From Haliotis cracherodii (taxonomy: Eukaryota), in NCBI RefSeq assembly GCF_022045235.1, contig NW_027266270.1:4278001-4342000 (forward strand): a stretch of 64,000 bases of DNA. The letters run 5' to 3'. Below are positions 21,061 through 34,914 of this stretch, one piece after another. The stretch's first letter is position 1. Each line of letters opens with the position of its first letter. The notes beneath the pieces were generated by a model, which was not told where the DNA came from, ran no database searches, and was given only the letters and a program-made list of their open reading frames with translations. Position numbers and translations under genes: made by a program.

Positions 21061-24000
21061 TCAGATGGTAATCCCGTCCAATCCAACATTTTCTACATAC
21101 GAATCTGCCTTATAATAATCTCACAATCATTGACCCATATATAAATTCAACATGTCAGTTTTGCCGGTAATAAATGTTTCAAACATCAACTATTCAATGC
21201 TAACTACCGGCGTTGTGTGACATGACAACAAAGGAATACAATGTTTCCATGATTCTGCCAATAATTCCATTTTCCTTTTCTTTGATCATATTGTCCTTGG
21301 CTGTTTTGTATGTGTCAGAAACAATTCACATCACAGTCACTTTGTTAGGAGGATTATTTTCAAGGATGGCAGTTTGCTCATCTAATGACAGACAAGTAGA
21401 GTGCCGAACTACGCTTCGCGTAATGATACAGTTTCTTTTTCACGCGACAAAGCGCCGCCTAATCGGTGTCTGTTCGGACATTGCGCATTAATCGTTATTG
21501 CGTAAGGAGGACTCTCCTGAACAAACGACACATGTAAACGTAAGGTTGGTCTTTTGATCACCTCGACTGATTAACTGTTACAGGATACGCGGCCCATCAT
21601 AATGTCCAATTACGTGCTAATTTCCCAATTTCAATTCCTGCGCGGAGGGACACAGTCCACGAAGGTAGTGCTTCGATCATCCGGTCCCCTGACGTCGGGT
21701 TGATATAGCCCAAGCATGCGAAAACCTTATCGAAATGCTATGATTGACTGGTTTGGGAATTCTGTGTGAGTGTGTGCCCCTTGAGATGGGCTTTGCCTGA
21801 CATTTTCCCTTCTAAAAGACGTTACCTATGGACAAAAAGCTTGTCGATGACGTTGATTCTTTTTTGTTTTCCTGAGAAAAGTTATGCTCACGTCAGCGTC
21901 AAATGACAGACACACGAGACCAGTTGAAAACAAAAATGGCCAACTGCCTGTACACGTTTGCAGCGTAGCTGCCAGCGGAAATAGTTGTATTTTTTCAAAA
22001 TCGTTTCGGAAAACCTCCATACTCAAAAGACACAGCTAACAATATGTTGTGACGGTTGATGCTTCTTCAATACTAGGAAACTCCAAGGGACCGATGTTAA
22101 TGTCAGGTTAATCGTTGTTGTCATTTCATCAATAGAGACAAACGTTAACCGGTTAATGCATAGCAACATAAAGTTTTAACATGGGATGCAAACAATTACT
22201 TTTTTATGTAAATTGTGTGAGTGGCGGTGGCTACCGGTAGTGCAGGGCACGTTTTCCCTTTTCATCATCACTTATTATCAGTGATCCATTCATATAATTG
22301 TAACCGTTTTTTCAAAGCCCAATGGAATCTATCTCATTGGATAATAGAGATTGGGTATTCTCTGGCGTTGACGTTAAATATTGTCAATACCTGTAAACTT
22401 TTTTCCGAAAAATGGAAACATATACTTTTGAAAAACGTAATATCCAGTGTAATGTGTAAATGAAAACATATAAGTTTTAGCAGTCCAGAAAATCACGAAA
22501 TCAAAATAAATATCTAATACTAACCGTAAGGCAAAAATGAACAACGTGGAAGGTGGATTATAAGGAACTTGACTTGACGATTAACACAAATCGAAGTCAT
22601 TCCTACACATGGAACATTTGTTTCAAAGTAATCTGTCAAACTGAATGGTTTATGTAAACTTGGTAAGCGACACAACTACAGATCAATAGTAGCAGAAACA
22701 AGCCTTCGTTTGGTCGTCTTGTCTTTGGCGTTGTACCGTGTTCATACCTTGCTGATAAATGTTATAATTTATTTTTTCATAACACGCGCTACATCAAGTG
22801 ACACTTTGACTAAGCATAAATCCTAGAGAAAAATTTATCAATAAAAGAGAAACGACCTGTTTGTCTTCAGTTGGCTAAGTATTGTGCACTATTTCACATG
22901 GAGTTTACATTTCAGTGAAGGATTAATTTTACGGCTAAATACACTAAAGGGCATTTGGGGTTGAAATGACCCCACGTGGTAATGTCCCCTTAAATATAAT
23001 GACGTAACGTACAGTGTTCGTCCTGAGAACTCGCTGTCCAGAATAACGGGGTGCGGACTGAGAAGGTTTAATTTTCATAAAACTGAGACATACGTAAGTG
23101 AAAGTTCGGGATGAAACTTAATCAAAAGAACTCTACTTCACGGAACAATGCATAGCTCGAAAGTCATCAATAAACTTAAGAGAAGCAGTTTCTATGCAGT
23201 TGGTATATTGCAACATACAAAAAATTCCGTGTCTGAAATTTCAACCCCGATTGACTGAATCGTGTCCATGGCAACACCTGATTGACTAAGGTTTTTTCGG
23301 GTTATGTTATCTGTGTCCGTCACCCGTCCCATGTGTGACAACAAGACATCCTGATACATGAAGCTGTGGTCTTGTCTGATTAAAACGAACCTAACTGACG
23401 GCGGATATCTCCGACGATGACTGTATATGTGGCGGTCTCTTGTTGAGACGTGACTGGACTTACAACAAGAAAATAAACGGGATCCGGTTTTTGACATGCA
23501 ACACAAAATGAGTTGTGTCAGTCCTAATTTCTGAAAATCAGAAATTTATCATGATGAGAGGTAGGGTTAAAACCCTCGTAAGTTCTGCTTTGTCTGTTAA
23601 AGTGAGGCTGTAGGACAATCTCCCCTTCTCCCTGTGTAATGTAAGGTCTTTGATCAGGCTCAGGCTTGTTACGGGCAGTCCGCCGTGTGAATGTAATCCT
23701 CCTAACACACGCTGGCTTGGTGTGATTCTGATGTACTCACAGAATAGTGATATGTCATAATCGATCATGATTGAAGAGTCTTAAAGTTTCAGATTGGAAT
23801 ATCTGTTGGTTAAATATTAAAGATTAAGATTTTGAAATAGGACGACAGTAATAAATGTCATGTGCTAAAAAGAGCGTTGAAATATCTAAAAATACAAATT
23901 GACATTTTGACTTTGTTATTCGGTTTGAAGAGACTAATTGTGATTCTGTTACAGTTTGTGTCATCAATCAATTTTCATGTGAAACGTTACACCCTCCTAT

Positions 24001-26097
24001 CTAATCACGACTAGTATACATATAATCTGCCTGGTAAATAATTCGACTCAACAACAAATATATATCATGCTTGTAACACCCGTGGTGGACACCGTTCACC
24101 CCGAAAGGCCTATCAGTAAAAATTGACTTACTTCCAGCTGACCATACGCTTTAAAGCAAACAAATGGATAAGCCAGTCCTCAGGAGCTACAGCCTTAATA
24201 TCATTATTGCCATTTCCTGATCCATTCCTATTGGATATAAACCAACGTTCTAGTCATAAGTGTAGACTCAAATCCCAAACGTCTAAGAAACATTTTAGAA
24301 GCAGGCATAAAGCATTATCACCGACGAGCATCGCCCTCAACTTGTCAGAACCTTCCCCTAAGGAACGTCAAGCTGTAGCGGAAGTTCTAAAGAGGTATAA
24401 TGTCCAGATTCACAACGAAGGCCTTAGTACAATGTCCCAGATTGGCATCCACAGAACAATGGTAGCATTGTGGGGAACATAGTGATCAATTTGTACCACA
24501 CAAAACATCAGAAACAATCCCTGGTGACAGCTGCCTGGAACTGTTACGCCAAATTTGATTCCACTCTTACCACAAGAAATGCGTTCAAGAAACCATACAA
24601 TGTTTCAACGTCAAATGGTTTTTTTCTTTGAAAGTAGCATTTAATTTGGCATCAGACTCTCTCCTCGAGAAGCGAAATGTAATGAAATTAACTTCTGGAA
24701 ACTAATGGGCAGTGTATACAGACGCACATAGGGCATGCCAGAAGCTTGTAACTATATATATCACTTTGTCAATGAATGAGTGTCCATATATCAACGCCTG
24801 AACACTTATTGTAGAATACCCATCCACTTCGCCTGAAAGAGTATCCAAAAAGACGCTGATTTGAAAATCATGCACTCCCTCCGAAACCCTCACATATACT
24901 TTACAGTGTCTGTGAAATCTCCAGTTGTAGAGTAATATTATATCAACTCCGGCCTTTGGTGTCCACATTTCAAAACTTGTAAGGTACAGTCAAGCATTCT
25001 CTTTCTATGAACATTTCAAAGATCGTAAAACGAGTCTTGCTTAAAATTTGTTTGATCAAGGTTACAACATTCATGACCTTAGTGAGGCTTTCAAAACCTA
25101 TTGAGGGTCAGAGCCATACAATGGACTCTGCTTTTATTTTTCTTATGGAAAGTGTTTTGTCCTTAGATTTATAATTTGAAGTAACCAGTTTGTTTGTGAC
25201 AGAGATACGAATATAAATTAAGCAAGTGTCTTAACGTTTTAGAGCAATAATATAAACTATCATGGAACATGATATATAGACATCCATGCATTGCCAACCC
25301 CAGAGATGAGCATAGTGGATTTAACTTGCTGTGGTATATCAGAGGTCCAACATCATGGAAATAACAGAACAATAGATCGATTCAATTATTAAAGCCATCC
25401 TGGCGTACACTGTTATACTATATTGTAACTATTAACAGATATGTATTGAAAGCTGGTGAACAGATTGCCTTCCCTTACATCCCTATTCATAAACCCTATG
25501 CCCTCTGTTGTATGCTTCCGCTGGACCCCGTCAGCCCGGTCCCAAGGGCTTCAAGATTTATTGATAGTAGTGGTGTTTAGATAAACCCTTAGCACTGAAA
25601 CAAACGGCCTTTCATCTCACAAGAAGACCGCTATTTGTTTGACTTCATATATCCTGTATTATGACTTATCATAGCACCAGTGGCATCTTGAAGTGCAGGG
25701 AGTGCTCGGGTATTGTCCAAATGCCGATGGTCAACGGCTTATGCCAATAACAAAACATTAGTGCGGTCTCAGGGGCATCATATTGATGCGCGGAACATCG
25801 TCACGTCTGTGGTGACTCGTTTGTAGAATTTTTGATTGGCTATGTGCGTGACAGAGTGTCTGTTGGAATGTCTTTACCTGTTTTAAATAACTTTATAGAT
25901 ATATTTGAAGACACAATTAAGACGTCATAGAAAAACCATTATGTCTGCACAGCGAGATTCTGTTTGTTGGACGTAACCAAATTAATCGTATTTATGACTT
26001 ATATTCTTTGTTGTTATCACTTGTCATACGTTCTGGGGAGATATTGCATACAACGACACCTCGTCAGTCCGGACCTTACCGTTCTCAGGGAAATCGT
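21061..26097. repeat. Tandem segmental duplication, copy 3
   Basis: Colinear with copy 2 up to ACCGTTCTCAGGGAAATCG at ~26097. Identity drops sharply after ~25973. Confidence 0.95.
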
Positions 26098-26109
26098 CGT
26101 GAGTGAGAA

Positions 26110-26210
26110 GTGTGGGCGTGGGCGTGGGTGTGGTGTGCGTGTGGACGTGGGCTTGGGTGTGGGCTTGGGCGTGGACGTGGGCGTGGGCGTGGGCGTGGGC
26201 GTGGGTGTGG
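26110..26210 (+). repeat. (GGGCGT)n-type hexamer repeat
   Basis: About 16 degenerate GGGCGT/GGGTGT/GGGCTT/GGACGT units. Confidence 0.9.
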
Positions 26211-26305
26211 TAGCATATCTAATGGTGGTTGGTAATCACACTGTTTATCGAATCTATCGTAGTCAATCGACGTGGCTAGAATTCAAATGCTCACACCACA
26301 CATAA

Positions 26306-26452
26306 GGAGCGGTTAGGTAAACTAGTGGTTAAAGCGTTCGCTCGTCACGCCGAAGATCCGGTTCGATTCCCCATATGTGTGAGGCCCATATCTGGTGTCC
26401 CACCCTGTGATATTGGTGGAGTATTGCAAAAAGCAGCGTTAAACCAAACTCA
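26306..26452 (+). mobile_element. tRNA-derived SINE family A (further partial copy at 26711-26790)
   Basis: CTAGTGGTTAAAGCGTTCGCTCGTCACGCCGAAGA..GGTTCGATTCCCC..TCTGGTGTCCC..GTATTGCAAAAAGCAGCGTTAAAC. Confidence 0.85.
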
Positions 26453-27149
26453 ATGACTTACACCACATTGTTCCATGTTGATAATTTAAAGGCTGTCCTT
26501 TGGCGTGACGAGCCAACGTTTAACCGTCTTTACAGTTCTTGCTATCAGCAGAAATGGGAACCGCCATGTTTTAAATATCATTAGACACCAACGAATCTAC
26601 AGTCGGACAAGACATGTTTCGCGAAGACCTGGTGCCGTAAAATATGTTAATGCAATTGATAATATCTGTTGTTGGTTCTTACATTTTGTATTGACCTGTT
26701 CTATTCCTTTGTGGTAAAAGCCTTCGGTTTTCACGCCGAATACCCGGTTCGATTCCTCACATGGGAACAATGTGTGAAGCGGCGTAAACCTATACCCACG
26801 CACATGTCGAGTTATTCGAATATCAAGACAAACTCAGTGCCGGCAACGATTCTGGAGAACAAAAGGTTATAAATTCTTAGAATATTTATGAACTGAATGA
26901 AGTTCGAATGAACTAAGTTTCACTGTATATATTTCGCCACAGTGGGTAAAGTGAGTTTGATTTAGTGCCGTTGTGAACAATATTTACATAATAATAGCAA
27001 GTCCGTTTATAATGCCTCAGATTCAACAGTGAATACTCACGGCTTTTCATCATTGTAATCTCGGTCTTTGGACCAGTGTGCACTGCAATTTCATTCTTAG
27101 CCCCCATGGGGTATTGATGCTATTTCAGTTAGATCACAGCATATCTACT

Positions 27150-27315
27150 TGAAGTAATGCAGGTCACCACTTCTGTGAAGTCCACGAGCACAGGTATGAT
27201 GCTGACAAACCTAGAATCAGAATCTGGGATTCGAACCCACGACCATTTGTTCAGATTCCGGCAAGCCTAAGGGTCGCAAATCCGCACAACAAATTGAGGC
27301 GCCTGAGAATCCGCC
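27150..27315 (-). mobile_element. SINE family B, degraded
   Basis: CCACGAGCAC.GGTATG.TGCTGACAAACCTAGAA..GGGATTCGAACCCAC is the reverse complement of the 43883 copy. Confidence 0.7.
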
Positions 27316-28119
27316 ATGAATTCAAGACTTAAATCCAATTTTGGAGTTTTCAATACCAACGTATTGACCTCAGTTGATTCTGAGACATTTAATTTTGTTA
27401 AAAAGTGGGTAGTTTGAAAACCATAATGAACAATGCTTCAACTGTGTTCATACAGCAGATGGGCAAGAGTGGTATGTACATTAGCCCGGACTCCCACACA
27501 TCTGCCTAATGGTATCAATCGGGCCCATGACCCAAGGCAGTTAAAAATGTCGGCTTTCCAAGATGGCCGCCCCCTATTGGTCCACCTGGGGTTTGCAATG
27601 CACACTAACCACATTTCCTTGTCTCTTCCTGGCTGGACCACGGGTATAATTAGAACACTATTGCATTAAAAGTGGACATTGATTAAACCTGAACAGCCAT
27701 GGGATCACTATGGAAGCATGTGATCTACCCAGCACCGGGAAGTGGCGAGCTGGGTCCACCTGGGACCAATCAAAACCTTCCTTGTCACATGCTGCTGAAA
27801 TTAACGTCGAACGGTATGTTTTACTTAGGGCATAAACGAGTCGTTGCTGGGGAGCATTATGCCAAAGAGGCTATGGGCCATACGTTAATCAATGATTGTT
27901 ATTAAATCGTTTTAAAGAACATAAACATGTATGTTGGACGTCATGTTTCGTCCAGCTCTCGGAGTATTGTAGTTTTCAGATGCATTTATGATGTATTTTT
28001 CAGTACAGTAACTCATTTACTTAATTCCTTTTTTTTTTTTTATGATTATATTTCTTTTTGGAGTACACAAACAATAAGTTTACAGAATATAGTTGACATA
28101 CAATTCCTTTTTCTGTTCT

Positions 28120-28290
28120 TTGTGTTTCATGCCGCATTCAGCAATATTCACGCTGTACTTGTGCGGCCTGTAAACACGTATACTTGAGTCTGGACCAGAC
28201 AAGGTCAGTGACTGATACTACTGAGTCACGTCCTACGCCGTCGGGGTACCATGACACGCAATCAACCGGGACCCAGTTACACAAAGCGAT
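28120..28290 (-). mobile_element. SINE family C, degraded
   Basis: GCCGCATTCAGCAATATTC..GAGTCTGGACCAGACAA..CAGTGA.TGA is the reverse complement of the 54600-54785 copy. Confidence 0.65.
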
Positions 28291-28535
28291 CTGTCGTAAG
28301 CCTAGTGTTGGAATATCACATGCGTCATCTGTAAGATAGATCGTCATTTTTGTTTTGGAATTTTACATATGGCGTTTGTAACATTGCTCGTCATCATAGT
28401 GTTGTATTCTTATGTGTGTAATATTCCTCGTGATTATATTTTGACTTATATGATATGTCTCCCGTGTTAGCTCAGTAGAACAATTGACTTGCCTTTGCTT
28501 GTGTGTGTGACTTTTTGTTTGTTACAAGTGAGAGC

Positions 28536-29109
28536 ATGGTTGTTATTATATAGATATGTGTTATCAGATACCAGTGTAGTTGTAATAATATTCATGTGTG
28601 TTGTCAAATACTAGTATTGTTGTTATCATATACATATCTGTTATCAGATACTAGTATTGTTGTTATTATATACATATTTGTTATCAGATACTAGTATAAT
28701 TGTTATTATATACATATTTGTTATCAGGTGCCAGTATGGTTGTTATTATATCCATATGTGTTATCAGATACCAGTATGGTTGTTATTATATCCATATGTG
28801 TTATCAGATACCAGTATGGTTGTTATTATATCCATATGTGTTATCAGATACCATTATGGTTGTTATTACATCCATATGTGTTATCAGATACCAGTATGGT
28901 TGTTATTAGATACATATGTGTTATCAGATACCAGTATGGTTTTTATTATATACATATGTGTTATCAGATATCAGTATGGTTGTTTTTATATACATATGTG
29001 TTATCAGATATCAGTATGGTTGTTTTTATATACATATATTTTATCAGATACTAATATGGTTGTTATTATATGGATATATGTTATCAGGTACTAGTATGGT
29101 TGATATTAT
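28536..29109. repeat. 40-bp minisatellite, ~14 units
   Basis: Unit TTATCAGATACCAGTATGGTTGTTATTATATCCATATGTG. It abuts the Tc1 terminus at 29113. Confidence 0.95.
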
Positions 29110-29112
29110 CTG

Positions 29113-29904
29113 TACTGAACCGCAAAAGAAACGTCACCCCAAGCAACATTGCATGAAAAATTGTCATTTAAATATCTGTGTAATTTATGTCAAAGTTTCT
29201 AAAATTCAACATGACCTTGTCCGGAAAAATGAAATTTGAAGATAAAAAAAACCAAAAGCAAATGACAATAAAACCGATCATCCAAACGCATCACGGCAAC
29301 GGCAATGGTAACCCGATGCACATGAGTTCCGTGAAAATTGAAATGCACATGCGTTCCCCCATTTCTTGCCCTATAATAATCCACCCAGATCGGATGACAT
29401 TCATTATTGAATTGCTACCACATGCCAAGGTTGACAAGAAATCAGCGACACCAAGCTCTTGGACGATTGCAAGCTGGACAAACCGCCCGTCAAGTAGCCA
29501 ATGCGTTTCAAATCCACGTAAGGACCATATACAAGCTACGGCAACGGTACCAGACCACCAACAATACAGATGACCGACCACGTAGTGGAAGACCAAGGGT
29601 CAGCACCCGACGTCAGGATCGTCAGATTGTGCGACAGCATCTTCAAGATCGCTTTGTTACTGCTGCGGAAACTGCTCGGCAGACCATGGGGACACACCAG
29701 CGACAGATTAGTGCGGACACCGTGCGTCGACGATTGACGAGCAGACACCTCCACTGTCACAGGCCACACCGAGGACCCATTCTGACACCACGTCATCGCC
29801 GGGACCGTCTTCAGTGGGCAACACAGCACCAGCATTGGCGCCACCAGCATTGGAGAAGAGTCCTCTTCTCAGACGAAAGCCGTTACGTATCTCAACAGCA
29901 GATG

Positions 29905-29956
<52 letters not shown>

Positions 29957-30600
29957 TCTGGCGACGCCGTGGGGAACGTTATTTGGATGTTTGTGTTGTT
30001 GAGAGAGACTCATGGGGTGGTCCGTGCATCATGGTGTGGTGTGGAATTGGTCTTGCACAGGGGGTCGGCCCTGTGGTCTTCCAGTACATCGGTCCAGGGA
30101 GAGGGAATGGTGTCACAGCAGCTCGGTACATTGATCAAGTCATACCGCATTTGGCACGTCGCCGCAACAACGAGTTTCCGCATGATAACGCCCATGCCCA
30201 CACTGCGAAAGCAACAAGAGACTTCCTCCAGCAGAATGGCATCAGAAGCATGAAGTGGCCTGCCCTCAGTCCCGATTTAAATCCCATTGAGCACCTGTGG
30301 GACGGGATTCAAAGACGGCTGAATGACGTCTGACCAAGGCCGACAACTGCAGCTGAACTGCGTCAGGTGTTCCTCAGAGTGTGGACTCAAGTGCCTATGG
30401 CCTTCACCAACCACCTCATCCATTCCATGTATCGACGTTGCACGACAGTCATCAATGCACATGGCGGACATACCATATGCTGACTTGTGATGCCATTTAC
30501 TCAGAGACTAGTGTTGTGTTTCACTTTAAGAACATTTGACACTTTAATGTCAACCTTTATGATCAGTTTTGCCAAGTTTCATCTTTTTAATATGTCTCAG
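29113..30600 (+). mobile_element. Tc1/mariner element, 5' TIR present, 3' TIR not found
   Basis: Terminus TACTGAACCGCAAAAGAAACG followed by a transposase gene. Confidence 0.85.
29422..30483 (+). pseudogene. Tc1-type DD34E transposase with internal (GA)n expansion and premature TGA at 30331-30333
   Basis: MPRLTRNQRHQALGRLQAG, DRPRSGRPRVS, VLFSDESR, PHDNAHAH, WPALSPDLNPIEHLW. Homology continues past the stop (PTTAAELRQ..LIHSMYRRCTTVINAHGGHT). Confidence 0.92.
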
Positions 30601-33600
30601 CCTGTTAACAGTGTTTGGACAAATAAGGCTTCTCATATAAATATATGAATAAGTATTTGTGTTATTATGTAAATATAGATTTTCGCAAGAGACTCTCCTG
30701 TATCAGGATGTCAGTAATGTGTCATGATCCTAGGACAGATAAATCAATACTCGATAGAAAGGAAATCGTAAAGGCGAGTATCCACTGGAGTACTCCAGTT
30801 CTGGGACATTACTGCTTGTGTGTATGGAACCCACTGGTGATAATGATAGTTACGAAGTAGCATTTACAAGACGACCATCACTTCGCTAAATAGCTATGTA
30901 CCAGAGAAGCATAGATCATACATATGTGTTCTGGGTTAGCGAGACTCATAAGTGCCATAGCGGTGTACAAAGATGTTGACATAGCCTGTGATAAACCCCT
31001 AAAGCAGCGTCATGTCGGGAAACCATTTTACCAATACCAATAAAGGTCTGCTCTGGCAGCGCCCCTACTATTTGGTTTTGTTTGCATGCACTTTTTCGCA
31101 CAGTGAAGATCAGCATCATTTTAATAAACAATTTTAAGAACTGACTTTAATTTGTTTTGCGTTTATCGAATTTCTAAATTTGATGCATCAGCGACAAAAA
31201 TGATGTCCGATACAATACCCTATTTTGACTTGTACCATATGTTCCCGTGTTCAGATGAACAATTGACTTGCCTTTGCATGTGTTTCTTAAACACAAGCTC
31301 ATAGTCGGAATAGTACAATCGACTCTGCTTTTAACAGAAATGTCTTGTGGCTATGGAAGGGTTTTGTCACTCTTATTTCCGTTTATAGCTCCATAAACAC
31401 AAACAATGATAAGATCAATTCTGGTAAATAAACAAGTCAGCAATAACAACTGCACAGACGATTTATTTAATCACTGTTGACAACAATACGAAATCAGACA
31501 CATCTATCAGCGCAACAATGCAGCACAAACCACACAAATTATTTATTTATTCATTCATTCATTCACTCATTTATGCATAAACGGATATATCTATTCAACT
31601 TCTGCAAAATAGCATGAGAGGGGAAACTGACAAACGTAATAACGTCCGTGCTAAAAGTATATATTCATTAACATGTTGTAATTATGTGGGCAAACGTTGA
31701 ATCATTATGCTTAAATTGGACTATGTACATATTATGTATGCAATACAATGCCGCGATATAAATGAAGTAGTGTTCAAAGCATACCTCACTCACTCACTCA
31801 CCCAAAGATTTTACAGTAATCTGACACGACGTCAAAGCGGCGTGAAGCCAACTAACTCTAATGCTGAATATAAATGAATGTTGCGACCGGATCGTAACAA
31901 GTTCAAGTCTGATAATCTGAGTCCTATCGCAGCCAGTACTTAACCTCATGCACAGCCATGGGTAAACTACACAAGCCGCTGTTTATTACACATTAACAGG
32001 TGGCTAAGGATGACGGCAGACACCATTAGGAATGTTCTGTATCGAACAGCTGGTTACGCCATCGAGAAGACCACCAAGGCAAGGCAACTTTGTCGACATA
32101 ACACCATGTATCTATAAATTATTCATCACTGCCAGATGGCCACGAGAGGCGTCGTGGATAGGGATAACTATGCCCCAGGGGAACTTGTTATTCTGCAATT
32201 ATCAAGTTTGTAAACAGTATTTATACCCCAGGTAATTTTTAGTGTGCATATTAGTTACGTGATTCTTGGTTATTGCGTCCTAATTGCTTTTCAATACAAG
32301 AACTACGTAACGGCCCGTCACTTTCTTTCGGTCACTGCAATTAATTTCTGCCATTTTGTAACAGCCTTATAATGACTTGCCTGTAGAGACGATAATATTT
32401 ATTTATGAATATGCTCCTGCAAACATCGATTGTTCAATTCAAAGCCTTTAATTTCCAATTTAAACTTTTCAAAGTTATTTTGATTTTGCGTAATAATTGG
32501 GAATTGTGTATCTATAATATTCAAATTTAACTTGACATGTTCAAAGGGGACAAGAATAGACACGCTGGCAGTCGTAGTTAGCAATTTTAATTCATGCTTA
32601 AGTTATCTAAACTCATATTTATATACCAATACAGAGTTTAATGATTAAAATAATACCTGATGAACTGCGAGGAATTAAATCACAGACAATCGGGATCCGT
32701 TAGATGCGGTTATTCTTTTATATTACCCAAAGTAACTTTTCTGAGGAAATGTAGGAAACAATTTGGGTTTTCGATCTCAAGGTGGCAGCTCAGGCTCAGG
32801 TAGTTTTGGAACGTTATTGTTGAAAATCGTTTGTGACGTCATGAACAACATGCGTCCTATATGCGTTCGTGACGTCACGTTGATATGAGCCTCTCCGCAA
32901 AAAAAGAGACCAACGAAGCAGTTGGTAATGCAAAAGAAAATAACTGAAAATATGTTCAGCAGAATCATTGCGACTAAGTAATATTACCCTTGTCATGCAA
33001 AGGTGATTTGAAAGTTTCAAAAATGGCGTTTATAACAATGTTTAGACATATAATAGAAAACAGTACCAAACTTCAAACCATAGTCCCTCTTTGATGTGTT
33101 GTAGGAACACAGCTATCAAATATTCTTCAAACATGCCAATTTTACAATTGACAATCATATTGGACTGATATTTGCGTCACTTGCGTTGTACACAGTAGTA
33201 CACGGAAGTAATAACAGATGCTATGAACATCTGTCTATTCGAAATTGCTATGAAATGAGATAATATTAACGTATGTCACGCCGATGTCTTATAATCATGG
33301 TTTTGCTGTTGTCTTTATATGCTTGTACAGTGTATAAACGAATCCCTCTGGGATTAACTGTCTGCAAAGACTAAAGGTGATCAATTATTTGTCAAGTTAT
33401 ATATATGTAGTAATTGAATTTCTGAACAAAGATAAATCTATGAATAGTATAAATATTCTTAGCAAAGCTTTTATAGCCGTGTAATAAAACATTATCCATG
33501 ATATGAACACAATTCATTGGTTTAAGTACACCAGTATGAAGCAGATCTTTGATCTTCAGTGAATGAGTTCGGTTTATCGCCACTTTGAACAGTATTTTAG

Positions 33601-34914
33601 TAATATTATGGCGTGACAACTTCAAGTGGGAGGAGAGCCTGAAGTCTTACAATCGTACTATCAACTCTGCCTTTAACGGATATTTCTTATGATTATGGAA
33701 AGGATTGTCGCCTTTAATGAGACGCTCACCAATGTCCTGAAACTCACGGCTGGTCTGGATGATGGGTTTAGTGGCACACACAAGGGACGCAACTCTGCAA
33801 AGTGAATTGCGACGCCTCAGACGACTTGGCCACCAGTGATACCCCTTCCCCTCCCCCTCCTCCCCCTCCCCACCCCCGCCAGCTCAAAACATAAAGCTCT
33901 GTCAATGTTATTTCACATTGGACCGACTTATTAGACTTTCTATCAGCCATTTCATATTTCCAAATTTGACGCCTCGGTGATCACGATGATGTGTCCGAGA
34001 TTGTGCAGGTGAAACCTTGACTTGCCTTTGCATGTGTGTGTGACGGGCGCCACCGGCGGGGCAGAATACGCCCATCGATTCGCGAAAACCTAGTACCATC
34101 ACTATTTGATAGTGATTCATAAACACATGCTTGTGATAGTGTCGCAATCGTAATCTTTCAGTAAATATTTTTTATGGAAAGGTTTTATCGCTTATATTTG
34201 CAATTTGCGCCCATGTGCACCGTCTTAACCCAAAGCTATCCATTATTTGATTTTAATATCCTGGTATGCTCTGAATACGCACATCTTCACAGCGAATTGT
34301 AGCGCTTTAGACGACTGAACCATGCGAAGAAGTTCCCAGTACCCAATTCTGCCTGTAGTCCCATGTAAATGTAAGGCACCAATTCGTCCAAGTATGCAAT
34401 GCCTCTCTGCCTGTTGGGATCCGGGGCCGAATAGGAGTACCAGATGCCTCTCTCAGTGCGTGAGTGAGTGATTATTGTTAACAACGCATCAACAATTTAC
34501 CAGCTTCTCTCAGTAATCGACTGAAATGCATATAAGGCGTCTATAATGTGTAACATGAATGTTAAACGTGTTGTTGTTTACAGCAGATTTCACAGTGAAG
34601 GATGAGCATACAGTCGCAGACAGATGGCCACGGACGCCGCGGGCAATATCGAACAGAGTGATATGTCCCTTCACGGAAACAATACACATCGGGACAAGGG
34701 CTAAATAAATGGAGATTCAAGTATTGGCCCGATATACCATCAACTAATACATCAATATAACATTTGCATCGACCAGCCTTTCATAACTACCTCATTTCAT
34801 GTCCAAACAAAGTTGTTACAGTAAGTATGAATACATATATATATTGCAAAGTCTTCATCTTAAAAAGATAGACACGTGGCGGACATTTCCAAATATATCG
34901 CCTCTGTAACAAAA

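Noticed and set aside
27540-27750. Housekeeping-type promoter (CAAGATGGCCGCC, CCGGGAAGTG)
   Set aside because: No associated exon or donor identified, and such motifs are frequent in mollusc repeats.
28657-29239. Overlapping Tyr/Ile-rich ORFs
   Set aside because: By-products of the 40-bp minisatellite, with the same peptide cycling through all frames.
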